A DNA stretch of 64,000 nt from the NCBI GenBank assembly GCA_951406725.2, contig OX597815.1, positions 121,272,001-121,336,000 of the forward strand. Direction: 5' to 3'. Of this stretch, positions 60,379 to 64,000 are shown one piece after another. The translations under genes were made by a program, and so were the position numbers. The notes beneath the pieces are model-generated. The model saw only the letters and a program-made list of their open reading frames with translations. It did no database searches and had not been told where the DNA came from. Origin of the DNA: Octopus vulgaris. Lineage: Eukaryota. Within the stretch, counting starts at the first letter, position 1. The number at the start of each line of letters is the position of its first letter.

Positions 60379-62342
60379 TAACAGTGGGGAATGTTGAAGG
60401 GGTGATTGTTTGATAATTAGTTTTATTTTCGATGTAGACATACAGTATTAATCTCATCCACTGATTATATCTATTGTGTATTCGTGTGAAGGCAATGCTA
60501 TGTAAAATCTACTGATGCTTATCAATATTTATGCATGCATATAATTGTTATAGATAAATAAGATAAATACAATAGACATTTAGGATTAAAACAAATGTGT
60601 ACATAAAAAATATATGCAAACCTAAGTAAAGAGAGAGAGTAAGGGAAAGAAGGTGAAGAGAAAGGACAAGAGAAATAATGCACAAGTCATGTCTGTTGCT
60701 GTTGTTGCTATTTTGAGAATCTGGATATAATAATTTCTCTATGTAAACTATTAAACACCATTTGCATTATAGCTGGGACTATTTATTTATATTTTTATCG
60801 TTTGTTTATTTATTTATTTATTCATTAAATTATTTTATTTATTTATTTATTTATTTATTGGTTGCCTATGGAGATCCTGGCTATCAAATAGTTGTAGTTT
60901 AAAAAAAAAAAGATCACTTTTTGTTTTCCAGTACATGCATCTTCCAGCTTTTAATCATCTACCATTCTAATTAATTTTGCAGTGTGCTCATGAGAGGAAA
61001 CCAGGCTTGGATTTATGATACAAAGGTTTCGGGAATCAATGATTAATAAAGAGAAGAAGAGTTGGGATCCCACCCCTACTCCATGCTTTTCCAAATTCAA
61101 TAAATGTAGGACATAGATGACTGGTTTTTCCCAGTTTTTCCCAATTACCGTCACAGCTGTCGCACTAGAAGCTTGGCATCTGCTGTCCTAAACTAATCAT
61201 TCTATTTAGCACCAACTCCCATCATAGTATTCCTTACTACCTGAAGTTATATTTAGGCTCATTTATTTTTCTACTCTACTGAATCAATAGTTAATGCTGA
61301 CCAACAGCTAGTGAGCAGAAATAGCAGTCTATTAAATATTACAAGATCTATTAAATGAAGGTTAATCCTTATCTGACTCACTATCAGAAACCATAATGAA
61401 AGTGGAAGTTTAAAACTTTCTCATATTTCAGACTCCATTGTCTTGCTGTTTTCATGCCTAATTTGCTTTTTAAACAAATATATTTCACACAGACTCTTTT
61501 TATCTTAATCAAAACAACTTTTCCATATGTTCATATGTCCATAACACCATAACATATCCGCTCTGAAACATTTTTCTTTGTTCTTTTTCTTTTTTTTTTT
61601 TGTATTCATATTTCATATAATGATCATTTAGTTTGTTCTCACATTTGGAACTTTTAATACTATATAACTCTCATCCATGGACATCAGTATATGCTACTAA
61701 TACAACCATCTGTATTGTTTTCATCTATTCTATTTGTCGCACCAGCCATTAACCATAAAATACTTGCATTTTATAAAAGTGTATTCAAATTTACCAAATT
61801 ATATAACATTTAGCTCAAAATAACCCCATCTCTACAGCATAACAATAATGTCATTACACCTCCTTATAACACATTTGGAAAGAAAAAAAAAATTCATGTT
61901 CAATATCTTAAATGATAAAATACCAGAGTCTCTTGTGTGGATGACAGAACACTTAATAACTAAACTACTAACGACTATACAATATTAAACAGGAAATTTC
62001 AGGGAAATAAATGCTTGGTATAATTTTTTCCTTTTGTTTTTGATTTTATCTTTTTTTAAGTGAATGTATTTGTTTCCAGTTATAGTTGGCACGACTTTGT
62101 TGAAGTGTCTGAATGAGACTAGAATAGTTTCATGTGTATTTGTTATTATGCACTTGTATCAATGAGAAGTGATTTAAAAAAAAAACACTGCTATGACAGT
62201 TAATGTTGAGTAAACAAGAAATACCTCCCAAAGTTTTATTTAATAATTTGAGTGTGCTACCATTCCTGTTGTTGTTCTTATTTGACAAGTAAAGCTGATA
62301 CATATAAAAACTATGGCTGACATAATGTTTAAAATATTACAC

Positions 62343-62500
62343 ACATGGCTGAGTGGTTAAGAAGTTCCATTTGAAATCACATGGCTTCAGGTTCAGTTCC
62401 ACTACACACCACCTAAGGGAAGTGTCTTCAACTATAGCACCAGGCCAACCAATGCATTGTGACTGAAACTGATAGATGGAAATACATAGAGACCCATCAT
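62343..62500 (+). mobile_element. SINE family A head, interrupted by the maT element
   Basis: CATGGCTGAGTGG head through AGAGACCCATCATA. Confidence 0.7.
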
Positions 62501-62501
62501 A

Positions 62502-63245
62502 TAGGGTGTGGTGAATAAACTGTCATCTAAATTATGCAAACATTAAAATAACAGTGATATCTCATTTTGAGTTATATTTACCAAAATTACATAAAAATAT
62601 CTTGAAATACTAAAGAGTAAATTTGTTCAATAAAATCTCCATTGACTTCAACCATGACCTCCAGACGACTTTCGAATCTCATGCAATTCTTCTGGACAGT
62701 CTACTTGTTTAAGTTGGTGAATGCTGCAATAATCTTTGCCTTCAGTTCATCTGTGGTGTTACAAGTTTTGTTGGTCTCTCACTGAACTGTGCCCTACACA
62801 TAATAATCAAGGGGCTTGCATTCTGGGGAGTTAAGTGGCCAGATGTTAGGGATAATGGGGTCGCAGAAATTGTCTGACAGCCATGCCTGGGTTCTCCTGT
62901 TTATGTGGCATGGTGCAAAGTCCTGTTGCCAGACGCAGGGCCTTCCAGCAGTCACCCTCTTGACTCAGGGCAGCACTACCTCCTCTAGACACTTGATGTA
63001 GGCCTCTATATTGAGTATGAGGCTATGTGGGAAGAGGAATGGAGGCATAACATCCAGTCCAAACACCGTGATGTTGACTGGATGTTTGATTTTTATCACT
63101 CTCAGTACATGTTCTTAGATTGCATTGTCCTCCGATTGACACCCAGACATTCTGAAATGTTCATACTGGAGCTTCCAGCGTCAATTCCAAGCAGAACAGC
63201 ATGATTAAAAATATAAAATGCCGACAATTTACCTATCGCACCCTG
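62502..63245 (-). mobile_element. Internally deleted DD37D (maT) transposon
   Basis: Minus strand VWQQDFAPCH...IWPLNSPECKPLDYYV* has 37 residues between the two D residues. Imperfect TIRs TAGGGTGTGGTGAATAAACTGTC and GACAATTTACCTATCGCACCCTG with flanking TA. Confidence 0.9.
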
Positions 63246-63259
63246 TATATATGTGTGTG

Positions 63260-63296
<37 letters not shown>

Positions 63297-63331
63297 AAAT
63301 ATTTGTGTGTATGTGAGAGAAAGCGTGTGTG

Positions 63332-63389
<58 letters not shown>

Positions 63390-63390
<1 letters not shown>

Positions 63391-64000
63391 CAACTGGTGG
63401 ACAGGTGTCAGTTAATTACAGCCGTTTCTAACGAATTTTTTAATAGATCAATGAGTACATTATATCAATATAAAAAAGCCTTTTCTTCAGATGAATACAT
63501 GTATTTTGCAATCAAGGACATTTAAAAAAAAATTTAATCCATGGCACATACATATTTAGTGAATCCACGACTAGCCCTTGTAGGTACATCCCCTTTAAGT
63601 GATTAGCATAAGTCGGAGCAACTTTTGTCCTCACTGCAATCCCATTGCCATTGAAGTAAAAAGAATGGTTTTCCAGAATAAATTTTAATCCTTCAGCAAT
63701 GAAAATCTTTTCAGTTCTATCTGGAATTTCGTGAGGTAATTTCTGAGGCCAGAAAGTTATTGCCTCTAGTCTATATTGGCATGGGATTGTGGTAGAGAGG
63801 TTTACCACATCAAAAGATACAATAGTGGTATCATTGTTTATCGATTTTGGGAGGTAGTTTAACAGGTCCAGGTTGTCGCTTATGAGACTTGTATGTATTT
63901 TAAAATAGGTTTCAGTAATATATCTAAAAAGTTACCGAGTCTGTGTGTTTCACAGTTCAGGCTTGCTATGATTGGTCTAAATTTAAGGTCAATGCAACAT
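63390..64000 (-). mobile_element. Penelope-like element reverse transcriptase fragment (pseudogene, runs off the window) with a downstream pLTR piece
   Basis: LKFRPIIASLNCETHRLGNFLDILLKP...IVSFDVVNLSTTIP...LKFILENHSFYFNG/GIAVRTKVAPTYAN are PLE RT motifs, with a frameshift and a deletion. Confidence 0.88.
63414..63493 (-). ncRNA. Decayed type I hammerhead motif
   Basis: AU-CUGAAGA-...-GAAAC-GGCU-GUA-AU. The core is intact but stem II pairs poorly. Confidence 0.5.

Overview
AT-rich, microsatellite-dense animal genomic DNA with no convincing host protein-coding gene, so the window is intronic or intergenic. The repeat landscape points to a coleoid cephalopod, most likely Octopus (inference): many tRNA-headed SINEs, RTE and R4/Dong LINE fragments, Penelope-like elements (PLE), Tc1/mariner/maT relics, and hAT, TTAA-type and Helentron-type non-autonomous elements. 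Most ORFs in the track are microsatellite or SINE artefacts. The recognisable protein fragments are all transposon pseudogenes. The most notable signal is RNA-structural: about 14 type I hammerhead ribozyme (HHR) or HHR-like motifs with tiny palindromic stem III, sitting in PLE-type palindromes and tandem repeats. They include a shared core variant (extra A after CUGANGA, GAAACGUU junction) found in two unrelated repeat families, one of which is a palindrome with divergent tRNA-like Pol III heads. Several long inverted repeats have centres that collected nested insertions. All folds and alignments were made by eye; boundaries of degenerate repeats are approximate.
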